A DNA stretch of 64,000 nucleotides, taken from the IMG/VR virus record IMGVR_UViG_3300027996_003878; one strand, given 5' to 3'. The stretch is from a virus (Duplodnaviria > Caudoviricetes). Position 1 is the stretch's first letter. The number at the start of each line of letters is the position of its first letter. Shown here in pieces: positions 55,713-64,000 of the stretch. A program made the position numbers and the translations under genes. Below the pieces are notes generated by a model. That model was not told the DNA's origin. It ran no database searches and was given only the letters and a program-made list of their open reading frames with translations.

Positions 55713-57030
55713 CCAAGAGTCCTTCTGCTATAGCAATTAGCTTTAAACTTGCGACTAAATCTTGATCTTCTATCTGACCAGCTCGCTCTAAAAGCCGCGA
55801 AGCTAGAGCGCGAGATTCACTGCCGTCCGCTATCTTATTTAATCTATAAAACAGACCAGCCGTTGCACTTTCCAAGCCTTCTCCAGCAACAAGAGGCTCT
55901 TTTTTCTCTTCCTTTTCTTCTACCTCTTCCTCTTCAACCAAAATCTCTCCCTCAGAAGACTCTTCATCCACCTTAAACTCACCAGCTGGCGCTATAGAAA
56001 GCTCCTCAGCGCTAGGAGGCGATTCCACCAAAATGGGGACGGGCGGCGGTGGAGGTATAACCGGAAGAGGCTCCGCCTCAATCCTTTCAACTTCTTCCTT
56101 TTGCCTTTGAATTTCTTTTTGCTTTGCCTCTTCGATCTTTTTTTGAGCCTCAGCTTCTGCCCGAGCCTTTTCTTCGGCTTTAGCTTTTTCTTTTCTAGCA
56201 GCCTCTTCAGCCTTCGCTCTCTCTTCTCTAGCAAGCGCCTCAGCTCTAGCCTTCTCCGCTCTAGCCGCCTCTTCAGCTTTAGCCCTCTGCTCTTCCAGTT
56301 GACGCTGGCGCTGCATCTCTATACGAAGCTCTTCCTGCCTTCTCTCTTCTAAAAGATTTTCAACATCTGTTTTCAAATAAGCATCATAAGTTTTGCCCAA
56401 CTGATTCTGAAAATCTTTTTGTTTTTTAGATATCTGGTCTAGTGTATTAACATAATCATATACATCACCACGAGAGCGCGCTTTTCCTAACTCATCCGAG
56501 AGTGCCTGTAATTGTTTTGTAGATACATCCAAAAGCCCCAACAACTGCCTTATAGCAAGTCTTTTTTCTGCCTCATATTTTCTATCTAATTTACGTACAA
56601 GGTACTCTTGCTTCTTTGACTCCCACCAGTCACGCAGCCCGGCCTGCTTTCCCAACCCTTCAAAGATCTGCTTGTCAAACTCCTCAGACACTTCTTTGGT
56701 ACCAATTTCTCGCAATAAATCTTTCCTTAAAGACTTAACCTTGTCACCGCTTGACTGAATCAAATTTAAATTGTTATTTATTTTTGCGAGCAAAATAGCT
56801 ACATCCATGTACCTATTGGCTTTAAAGGCACGCCTAGCTTTTTTTGCCAGCTCTTCTAAATCATTAACCCAATTATCAATATTATCATCAACTTCTCTTA
56901 GCTGAGTCATCAACTCTCGGTAAGCTGGAGAAAATCGCTCAGAAAAAGCCCGACCCCAACCGCTAGGAGTAAGCTTTTCTCTCCACCATGTACCCCTACG
57001 AGCTGCTATTATAAAAATATCTCGATTCAT
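55705..57030 (-). CDS. Head-region protein with charged EKARAE coiled-coil and Pro-rich tract
   Basis: 441 aa immediately downstream of portal. Confidence 0.7.
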   Translation of the reverse strand: MNRDIFIIAARRGTWWREKLTPSGWGRAFSERFSPAYRELMTQLREVDDNIDNWVNDLEELAKKARRAFKANRYMDVAILLAKINNNLNLIQSSGDKVKSLRKDLLREIGTKEVSEEFDKQIFEGLGKQAGLRDWWESKKQEYLVRKLDRKYEAEKRLAIRQLLGLLDVSTKQLQALSDELGKARSRGDVYDYVNTLDQISKKQKDFQNQLGKTYDAYLKTDVENLLEERRQEELRIEMQRQRQLEEQRAKAEEAARAEKARAEALAREERAKAEEAARKEKAKAEEKARAEAEAQKKIEEAKQKEIQRQKEEVERIEAEPLPVIPPPPPVPILVESPPSAEELSIAPAGEFKVDEESSEGEILVEEEEVEEKEEKKEPLVAGEGLESATAGLFYRLNKIADGSESRALASRLLERAGQIEDQDLVASLKLIAIAEGLLGA

Positions 57031-57123
57031 TATAAAACCTTTATATAGAAGTAATCAATAGTTATACTTCAATATACATAACAACTAATTGTTATGGCTT
57101 CTATAATTCAAAATAACATTTAT

Positions 57124-58836
57124 TTAGAAAGCTGGAGGTGAGGGAAGCTCAGACTCTCCTCCAGCTCCAGGAAGACCTGCGGCATTTGCCTCCTCTTCCT
57201 CGCCAGCAACGGGCTCAGTGATTTCATCTGAAGAAGAAATAGTGCGTAACTCATTTAAGGGCATCTTTGAAAGAACAAGCTTCTCTCTAGCCAAAATTGC
57301 CTCTTGAATAGATTCATCCTTCATTTTTCTTTGCTCATCCTCCCAGTCCAATCCCAAAGACCGATAAAGGGTTTGAATTGAAACTCTTCGAGGTTCGCCT
57401 GTTAAATTTTGAAGAACATTTATGTAGTCACCCAAATCAAATAACGACATGTGGTTCCATTCTACCTTTGGAACAATCAATATCTTTTTGCCATCTTTGT
57501 ATTCATAAAAGTCATTTATTTTAGAAATAGGCGCAAATATTTTACGTCGCAGCCATGAGCTTATCATATTCCTAAATTGCATGTATCGCTGCCTTAAGAC
57601 ATCTAAGGCAACGCCTCCATTTGCATACGTAACATCAGAGCCGCCATCCATCACAACAGAAGGAACCATCAGCCCTGTATAAATCTCTTTCAAAAGCTGC
57701 TGAACATCACCATTAATATCAATTATAGATCCTGATGCTCCAACTCTATCAATCTGAACGGCTTCATGAGTAAATATTTTAAAGTCTTTATCATACTGAG
57801 CTTGCTCAAACACCTGCCTCCAAGCCTCAAGGTCTGTTGGGCTGGGTTTATAAGAATCATTACCAACTTTAACCACAGTCAGTGGATTGATTAAATTCGC
57901 AGCTTGAGCAAACTTAGACTCCCTAAGTTGATCAAAAAGCATTAAAGTTCTGAATGAAGATACAATCAACCCCGTCCCTCGAACCTCATAAGGGCTAATC
58001 CTTCGAGCTATATGAGAACAATAAAAATTACTTAGAGGGATATTTTCACCACGTCGCACATGCTCAATAATACTACTATCAAGACGCTGACGCTGTTGAA
58101 TGTCAGAAGGTCTATTGGAATTCACAATTCTTCTTAAATTCTCATCAGGCCTTAAACTTATGATAGGCTCGCCCGCAACAACGGAGTGTTTCACCACTAT
58201 ATAGTCAGGATTTTGAATGGTGAGCCGGCTCCACTTACCCATACCTTCATTTAATTCTGCATAAACAAAAGCCTCACCTAAAACCCAATACTCTTGAGCT
58301 ATTTGAGTGCAAACATTTACAAGATTTAATTCATCATTCATTTCTTGAAAGAATCTTTGAACCTTTTCATTCTTACAAGTAATATTTAATTTAGAAATAG
58401 GATAAGTAGAGTGCAAAGAGATAGCATTCTGCACAATCGGATTCAAAGCAAAAAAAGCTCTACTCCAAGCATTTATAGTAGCACGATCTCTGGGCAGGTT
58501 GAGATTGCTAGTCAACCAAAGGGGGCTGTAAATTTCTGGTATTTGCCTTACAGTGCCACCAGAACCCCTCCAGCCGCCACCTCCAGAATTCGCAGCTCCA
58601 TCATCGGCATTTTTACGAAACGCCCTCATATTTGAGATAACGTTCCCAGCATCAGTAGAAGCAAACTTATCAATCATATAACCCGAGCCGCCTTTATGCT
58701 CTCGAAAATGACCCGCCGAAACTTCCTCTTCCAAAACACCTCTTCGATATTGACTAACCGATTTAGCCATATGTGGCGATACTATTGAAGGAAGCTTGCG
58801 CTCATTTAAAAATTTTTCAGAATTTGTCTCAGCCAT
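57124..58836 (-). CDS. Portal protein
   Basis: 570 aa; AINAWSR-like RATINAWSRAFFALNPIVQNAISLH, EYWVLGEAFVY, GTGLIVSSFR, QLLKEIYTGLMVP; located between terminase and head genes. Confidence 0.85.
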   Translation of the reverse strand: MAETNSEKFLNERKLPSIVSPHMAKSVSQYRRGVLEEEVSAGHFREHKGGSGYMIDKFASTDAGNVISNMRAFRKNADDGAANSGGGGWRGSGGTVRQIPEIYSPLWLTSNLNLPRDRATINAWSRAFFALNPIVQNAISLHSTYPISKLNITCKNEKVQRFFQEMNDELNLVNVCTQIAQEYWVLGEAFVYAELNEGMGKWSRLTIQNPDYIVVKHSVVAGEPIISLRPDENLRRIVNSNRPSDIQQRQRLDSSIIEHVRRGENIPLSNFYCSHIARRISPYEVRGTGLIVSSFRTLMLFDQLRESKFAQAANLINPLTVVKVGNDSYKPSPTDLEAWRQVFEQAQYDKDFKIFTHEAVQIDRVGASGSIIDINGDVQQLLKEIYTGLMVPSVVMDGGSDVTYANGGVALDVLRQRYMQFRNMISSWLRRKIFAPISKINDFYEYKDGKKILIVPKVEWNHMSLFDLGDYINVLQNLTGEPRRVSIQTLYRSLGLDWEDEQRKMKDESIQEAILAREKLVLSKMPLNELRTISSSDEITEPVAGEEEEANAAGLPGAGGESELPSPPAF

Positions 58837-58947
58837 ACTGCCCTTGAACTACCTATATATCTAACCGAAAATATTGACTCTAATTATAGAAACAAAACAA
58901 AATTTGAACCTCGACGCTAAACTGAATCAATCAATAAAAAATATATC

Positions 58948-59064
58948 ATGAACGCCAAGACTATTAATTATAAGGTATATTATGGTAAATTGAAAATTAA
59001 AAAAGGGGCTTTAGATGTAGATAAATCTAAGGAAAAAATAAACCGCATATTAATTGTTTTTTAA
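58948..59064 (+). CDS. Possible 38-aa leader ORF upstream of phoH
   Basis: MNAKTINYKVYYGKLKIKKGALDVDKSKEKINRILIVF; no clear RBS. Confidence 0.25.
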   Translation: MNAKTINYKVYYGKLKIKKGALDVDKSKEKINRILIVF

Positions 59065-59078
59065 ACCCAAAAAAATAT

Positions 59079-60371
59079 ATGAAAAAAACTTATATACTAG
59101 ACACTTCAATTATTATAAATGACCCAAATTGCTTAAATAGCCTCAAAGGAAATCAAATTGTTATACCAATAGATGTACTTAACGAGCTGGACAAACTTAA
59201 AACCTTTCAAGATCAAGTGGCAAAAAACGCCAGATTATTTATCCGTAAACTAGACGAATTAATAAAATTAAATCAAAGTAATAATTTAAAAATAGATGAA
59301 GATACATCATTAGAAATTGATACAGAAAAATACAATAACAAATTTGAAGATGAGGACATAATAGATAATAAGATTATATCTTGTGCATTTTATCAAAATT
59401 TAAAAAAAGAAAATGTAATATTACTTTCAAATGACATCAATTTAAGAGTTAGAGCTACCGCGTTTAAAATTAAATCAGAGGGATACAAGAAAAAAAGTAA
59501 TAACGCGACTGATTTATATAAGGGACACAGAGTTATACAAGACGACGAGCTTGGTAAAATATTATGTGAAGAAAAATACTTAACCATTTCAGATTATGAA
59601 GATCTAGAATCACTTAACCCTAATGAATTTGTGAATTTCGAAACATCAAGCGGTAATGGCATTTGCATCGGAAGAAGAATAGAGGATGCGCTTTGTATGA
59701 GAAAGCCGTCAGTCCTATGGGGGCTAAAGTCCAAAAATAGAGAGCAGGCATACGCTACTGATTTGCTTATGGATCCATCAATTCCATTAGTTACACTTAC
59801 GGGTAAAGCCGGAACTGGAAAGACAGTACTAACTGTAGCAGCTGGTCTCGATTCGGTCATAAATAAAAAAGCTTACAATCAATTGATTGTCTATAAGCCC
59901 ATGGAACCTGTCGGCAGAGAGGTAGGATACCTGCCAGGCAATTTGGAAGAAAAATTAGACCCTTGGGCTGAAGCATTAAAAGACAGTTTAAACTTTTTAA
60001 CATCCTCCGGCAATGGAAGCGGCAGAAAAAGCAGCTGGAAAGACAAGTTAAGCCAATACACCGATCAAATTACATTCGAAGCTCTTACATACATTAGAGG
60101 GCGAAGCATTACTAATGCTTACATAATTATTGATGAATGCCAAAACACAACAAAAGAGCAGATTAAGACTGTTTTAACAAGAGTTGGAATGAATTCAAAA
60201 ATAGTACTACTAGGGGATATTGATCAAATAGACCACAGCTATCTTGACGCTGTTAATAACGGTTTGACTTACACCATAGAAGCGTTTAAAGATTCAAATT
60301 TATCGGGGCATGTGACGCTTGAAAGGGGTGAAAGAAGCGATTTGGCCACAGAAGCAGCATTAAGATTATAA
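59079..60371 (+). CDS. phoH: PIN-PhoH (PhoH2-like) ATPase
   Basis: N-terminal PIN YILDTSIII..ELDKLK..DNKII..LLSNDINLR; GKAGTGKT Walker A; YIRGRSI, IIIDECQN, LGDIDQID. Confidence 0.92.
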   Translation: MKKTYILDTSIIINDPNCLNSLKGNQIVIPIDVLNELDKLKTFQDQVAKNARLFIRKLDELIKLNQSNNLKIDEDTSLEIDTEKYNNKFEDEDIIDNKIISCAFYQNLKKENVILLSNDINLRVRATAFKIKSEGYKKKSNNATDLYKGHRVIQDDELGKILCEEKYLTISDYEDLESLNPNEFVNFETSSGNGICIGRRIEDALCMRKPSVLWGLKSKNREQAYATDLLMDPSIPLVTLTGKAGTGKTVLTVAAGLDSVINKKAYNQLIVYKPMEPVGREVGYLPGNLEEKLDPWAEALKDSLNFLTSSGNGSGRKSSWKDKLSQYTDQITFEALTYIRGRSITNAYIIIDECQNTTKEQIKTVLTRVGMNSKIVLLGDIDQIDHSYLDAVNNGLTYTIEAFKDSNLSGHVTLERGERSDLATEAALRL

Positions 60372-60402
60372 AAAAAAGCCCAGAATAATCTGGGCTTTTT
60401 TT
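60370..60402. terminator. Bidirectional terminator between convergent genes
   Basis: aaaaaaagcccaga-ataa-tctgggcttttttt. Confidence 0.9.
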
Positions 60403-60412
60403 AGTGACTATA

Positions 60413-61381
60413 TCAAAGACCTACGGCTGCTGGATCTCTTACGATTTCAGGTAAGTCTACGTCTGCCTTTAATGATTTTTCCAATTCAGTCACAACTTGA
60501 TTTAAATCTTTAAAAGATTTCGATTGAGCGGGTTGAAAGCCCGAATTAGGGCCACTTAATCTTGCAACTTTTCTTAACCACTCTTGAACTTCCAGAGCCA
60601 TTAGATAGTTATGAATATTCTTAGAAATATCATTATAAGTTTTGCTTATATATGAATACAGCTTTTCAGCAGCCTTTAAGGCATTCTGCGGTGTGGGATT
60701 CCTTTCAAAATCAGCCTTTGCATTTTGATAATCTGAATTTTGACTCTTCCAACTAGCAAATTCACGCTTCGCTTTCTTAAGCTTCTCTTCTTTGCTTAGC
60801 TCAACTCCCTCTGGCTTGGCTGCTTCTTCAAGCATTCTCGTTAATTTGCCAACCTGAGAATCAAGGGCAGCACCACTCGGCTTTTGATCTACTCTAACTA
60901 CAACAGGCGCAATCTGATGACCAGAACCACCTTCAATGGCCTTTTGCAATTCTTTCACACTGCCTGTCAATTTTCTCAATTTTTCTAATTCATCTTCAGT
61001 ATCATAAGCATCATCTGCCAAATCTTTATCCGGGACATCCAATTTCATCCCTGGATAATATATGCCAAACAATTTTACAAAATCGGAAATGGCTTTTTGC
61101 GTAGCAGGCCCCCACTTACCGTCTTCTACAATCATATCAAGATCACTATCTAAACCGCTAGCAAGGCGATCTTTTACTCTCTTTAGAGCATTAAATGCAC
61201 GTTGAAAATCATAAACATCTCCAAAAGTATATTGTTGCGAAAAAGACCTTAACTCAAACTTTCTAGCAACCTTACTCAATCTGCTTGGAGCGCTTAAGGA
61301 GGCTTTATCTCGACGCCTGCCCTGCTTAAACTCAGCATTATAAATGCTAGCTAATTTTGAAATATCATTTACCAAACTCAT
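60413..61381 (-). CDS. Protein with peptidoglycan-binding module
   Basis: 322 aa; DFQRAFNAL..IVEDGKWGPATQKAI. Confidence 0.6.
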   Translation of the reverse strand: MSLVNDISKLASIYNAEFKQGRRRDKASLSAPSRLSKVARKFELRSFSQQYTFGDVYDFQRAFNALKRVKDRLASGLDSDLDMIVEDGKWGPATQKAISDFVKLFGIYYPGMKLDVPDKDLADDAYDTEDELEKLRKLTGSVKELQKAIEGGSGHQIAPVVVRVDQKPSGAALDSQVGKLTRMLEEAAKPEGVELSKEEKLKKAKREFASWKSQNSDYQNAKADFERNPTPQNALKAAEKLYSYISKTYNDISKNIHNYLMALEVQEWLRKVARLSGPNSGFQPAQSKSFKDLNQVVTELEKSLKADVDLPEIVRDPAAVGL

Positions 61382-61443
61382 TGCAATACCTTTGTTAAAA
61401 ATAAAAGCTATAGAATTACAAATTTATACTTAATTATAACCAT

Positions 61444-63345
61444 CTATCTCTTAACTGCCTCCATGCCTGGGACATAACCTACAACAACAGGCAATGAACT
61501 CTTACTTTTAGCATTTTCATTGATTAAATTAGGATTGTGAATTGAAAACGCATTTGTTATATCAAACTTATAAGCTAAATAGGCATTCAACATAGCCATA
61601 AATCCATCATTTGGAGTTGATCCTTTTACGTAACGAATGCCAGTATACCCAGCTCGATCAACTTTGGGCTTAATCTCCATAGAGCAACAATGCTGAACTA
61701 GCCACCCGACCTTTTCATAATCTCCAAATGGAAATCTTATCTTTCCTTGCTTCATTAAATCATAAAGCTCTGCAATGTAATAATCTCTCTCAAACATAAT
61801 AGTACTTGGAAAGAAATCTGTCTTATATTTTATATGGCCATTTAGCCTAGATACAGCCTGGCTCCCTAAAAACTTCTCGCCAAACTCACGCTGCAACACT
61901 TCAGTAAGGTCATTGGCAAAGCCAATATCTCCCACCCCCAAAGTAACGCTATATTGCCGATAAATTTGCTCAACAATAGCCCTTTTACTTTCAAAATCAT
62001 TTTTCTTTAACCTTGTTGCAAAGTCTATTGATAAAATATGAGGGCCATCTGCCACTAAAATGACTGCACAACTATATGATTGACCTTGTTGAGATCTTTT
62101 TCCGCCAGCTCCAGTATCAATATCAACCTTTTGACCCCAGTCGCAACCTAAATAAACTTTTTTATTCTCATTGTAGGATATACTGGCTCTAAATTTCCTT
62201 TCACGATCTGCGCAATGCTGATCTATTTGCTCTGGCGTAATCGGAGAGGCATCGCCTGAAAAAAACTCACCCAAAACCTCGTTTTGATAAGCCCTTTCCG
62301 TATTGATAGGATGATTTTCAGGCTTTTCAGACAGAATTTTTTCTTTTGTAAACTCTGGCATATATAATTGGTTTATATGATAACCAACAAATGAAGCATC
62401 TGGATTATCATTAAAAGCAATCCACTTACCTCGCTCTGCCGCCTGCCTTTTATCTTGCTCATGACCGCAGTGGGTGCATTTTACAATAAAACCATGCAGC
62501 CAAATTTTCTCCCAATCACTTCCAGGGCCATACAAAGGAAATGTTTCCTTGCAGCTCTCGCACCCCAAATGAAAATATTGTTGAGAAGAGGCGTTCCATA
62601 TGTTCCAATACTCTGACCCTCTTTGTTTAGGCGTTCCAAAATAAACCTGGATACCCTCGCCAACCCTGCCATACTGAGCTTTTGCTAATGTCTTAGTTGC
62701 ATTGCCTAATGCCTCGCCCTTCATGTCCTGAACTTCGTCAAAAAACAAAACATCAACAGTTCTACCGCGCAATCTGTCCCCATTTAATCCGGTTGACTCA
62801 ATCCATATATGATTACCACCTGCAAACTGTTTGAATTGCAAAGAATCATTTGATGAAGTGGATGTATCTAACTTGGCTTGCAAGAATGTTTTATTTCCGA
62901 AGTTAGATTTAGAATTATTATAGTCTTTATAAGGCATTGCGCTAGCAATCATAGAATTTAACTTAACCTTAGTATAGGCATAAGCTAATTCTAATTGAGG
63001 AAAGCAATGCATAATTCGAATCGGAGGCCGATTCGATGCGCCAAAAGAGCCTGACGCAACAAAAAACAATTCAAGCGCAGCTGCCATTGTAGTTGCGCCA
63101 ACCTGGCGTCCTTTAACAAGGACTACAGGTTTCGAATCTTTTTCTAAAGATTTTAAACCAATGTATCTATAGATATCAGCAAACGGCTTATAGCCATTAC
63201 CATTTAGTCTAAAAGGGCGGCCATCTAATGTTAAATATTTTTCACAAAAAGCAACAGGATCAATTGCTAACAGATTTTCTTTAATCTGAGAAAACAGATC
63301 TTCCTTGCTGCCCTTTTTTATCTTAGAGGCGGCATCTCTTTTCAT
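61444..63345 (-). CDS. terL: Terminase large subunit
   Basis: 633 aa; KGRQVGAT, VLFFDEVQD, GTPK, CESC..CTHC zinc ribbon, nuclease LGCDWG, GDIG and DGFMA. Confidence 0.9.
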   Translation of the reverse strand: MKRDAASKIKKGSKEDLFSQIKENLLAIDPVAFCEKYLTLDGRPFRLNGNGYKPFADIYRYIGLKSLEKDSKPVVLVKGRQVGATTMAAALELFFVASGSFGASNRPPIRIMHCFPQLELAYAYTKVKLNSMIASAMPYKDYNNSKSNFGNKTFLQAKLDTSTSSNDSLQFKQFAGGNHIWIESTGLNGDRLRGRTVDVLFFDEVQDMKGEALGNATKTLAKAQYGRVGEGIQVYFGTPKQRGSEYWNIWNASSQQYFHLGCESCKETFPLYGPGSDWEKIWLHGFIVKCTHCGHEQDKRQAAERGKWIAFNDNPDASFVGYHINQLYMPEFTKEKILSEKPENHPINTERAYQNEVLGEFFSGDASPITPEQIDQHCADRERKFRASISYNENKKVYLGCDWGQKVDIDTGAGGKRSQQGQSYSCAVILVADGPHILSIDFATRLKKNDFESKRAIVEQIYRQYSVTLGVGDIGFANDLTEVLQREFGEKFLGSQAVSRLNGHIKYKTDFFPSTIMFERDYYIAELYDLMKQGKIRFPFGDYEKVGWLVQHCCSMEIKPKVDRAGYTGIRYVKGSTPNDGFMAMLNAYLAYKFDITNAFSIHNPNLINENAKSKSSLPVVVGYVPGMEAVKR

Positions 63346-63356
63346 ATTAATCTTTC

Positions 63357-64000
63357 TTACATTTTATTTGGCATAAACTGCTTTAAAAAGTCTGTATTAT
63401 CTGCATCTGGATGCAAATCTAAACCAACACCTCTACCCAAATGATGATTAACTGATTGCTGACTTGTATTGCTGACAATGGATGAAATAATATCGCTTAT
63501 TAGCTTTGCAGCGTCATCATTATTTACGTGCTCAGGACTGCACTCCCTTGCAAACATATCTAAAATTTCACATTGAACAGCGGGCACTGCAATGTGGCCG
63601 TTGTGAGTATTCACCAGATTTTTTACAAATGCAATAACTCGCTCTTTAATATTATCGTCATCGCTAAACACGCATGCCACAAACGCTTTTTTTGAATTAT
63701 CAGCTTCTTTGTATCTTTGATTCGACTCAGAGTTCACTCTTTTTAAATACTCTGACAATCCCGTCCTGCGGTGCAAGTCCTCCACCGCCCCTTGTACGCT
63801 CGAAAAAACAGGACGACCGCTAACAATAGAAGATATTTGATCATAAATAGATTTATCAGAGGATGATCGCTGGCGAGCAACCTCTACCGCCGTAACAGCT
63901 GCCGGATCTGCAAGCTTATTTAGTCGATCAGCAAAATCATCTAACCAATCAACACGTTTACTAGACTCACGATCAATATAATGATTATTAGAGATTTTAA
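63357..64000 (-). CDS. Hypothetical protein, 5' end beyond window
   Basis: The frame of the track's 63357..63785 ORF stays open from its GTG to 64000 (..KISNNHYIDRESSKRVDWLDDFADRLNKLAD..), so the true start is outside the window. Confidence 0.75.
   Translation of the reverse strand, partial: KISNNHYIDRESSKRVDWLDDFADRLNKLADPAAVTAVEVARQRSSSDKSIYDQISSIVSGRPVFSSVQGAVEDLHRRTGLSEYLKRVNSESNQRYKEADNSKKAFVACVFSDDDNIKERVIAFVKNLVNTHNGHIAVPAVQCEILDMFARECSPEHVNNDDAAKLISDIISSIVSNTSQQSVNHHLGRGVGLDLHPDADNTDFLKQFMPNKM

Noticed and set aside
57124-63345. Inteins or introns in terminase and portal
   Set aside because: Lengths are ordinary and no C/S...HN-C/S/T splice junction motifs were found.
63357-63785. 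Complete 142-aa gene or small terminase call
   Set aside because: The frame extends past the window end and no small-terminase motif is recognisable.

Overview
This 64-kb window is the virion morphogenesis region of a large contractile-tailed (myovirus-type, probably jumbo) bacteriophage, in the standard genetic code. Every supported structural gene is on the minus strand. In transcription order (64000 to 1): a 5'-truncated hypothetical gene; large terminase; a peptidoglycan-binding protein; a plus-strand PIN-PhoH gene; portal; about 20 kb of probable internal head proteins (including a GH73-like muramidase, a tyrosine-phosphatase-fold protein, an Sm-like protein and a prohead protease-scaffold fusion); head decoration proteins; the major capsid protein; a head-fibre cassette flanked by duplicated genes; an accessory block (iscS, csp, iscA, intein-split iscU, TlpA-like thioredoxin, HExxH peptidase) interleaved with neck genes; two giant fibre proteins and a holin-like gene; then tail terminator, sheath, tube, tail chaperone with a -1 frameshift, tape measure and baseplate genes, the last running off position 1. 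The most unusual observations are: (1) a 160-aa mini-intein inserted exactly at the first Fe-S ligand Cys of IscU, inside a phage ISC gene set; (2) strong enrichment of a DGY tripeptide in structural proteins; (3) a nested in-frame scaffold start with its own RBS and a promoter-like motif; (4) a recurrent helical motif shared by many head-region proteins; (5) a 54-bp-repeat-flanked fibre cassette. All functional calls come from motif recognition by eye; no database searches were run. No tRNA, rRNA, CRISPR array or reverse transcriptase was seen.
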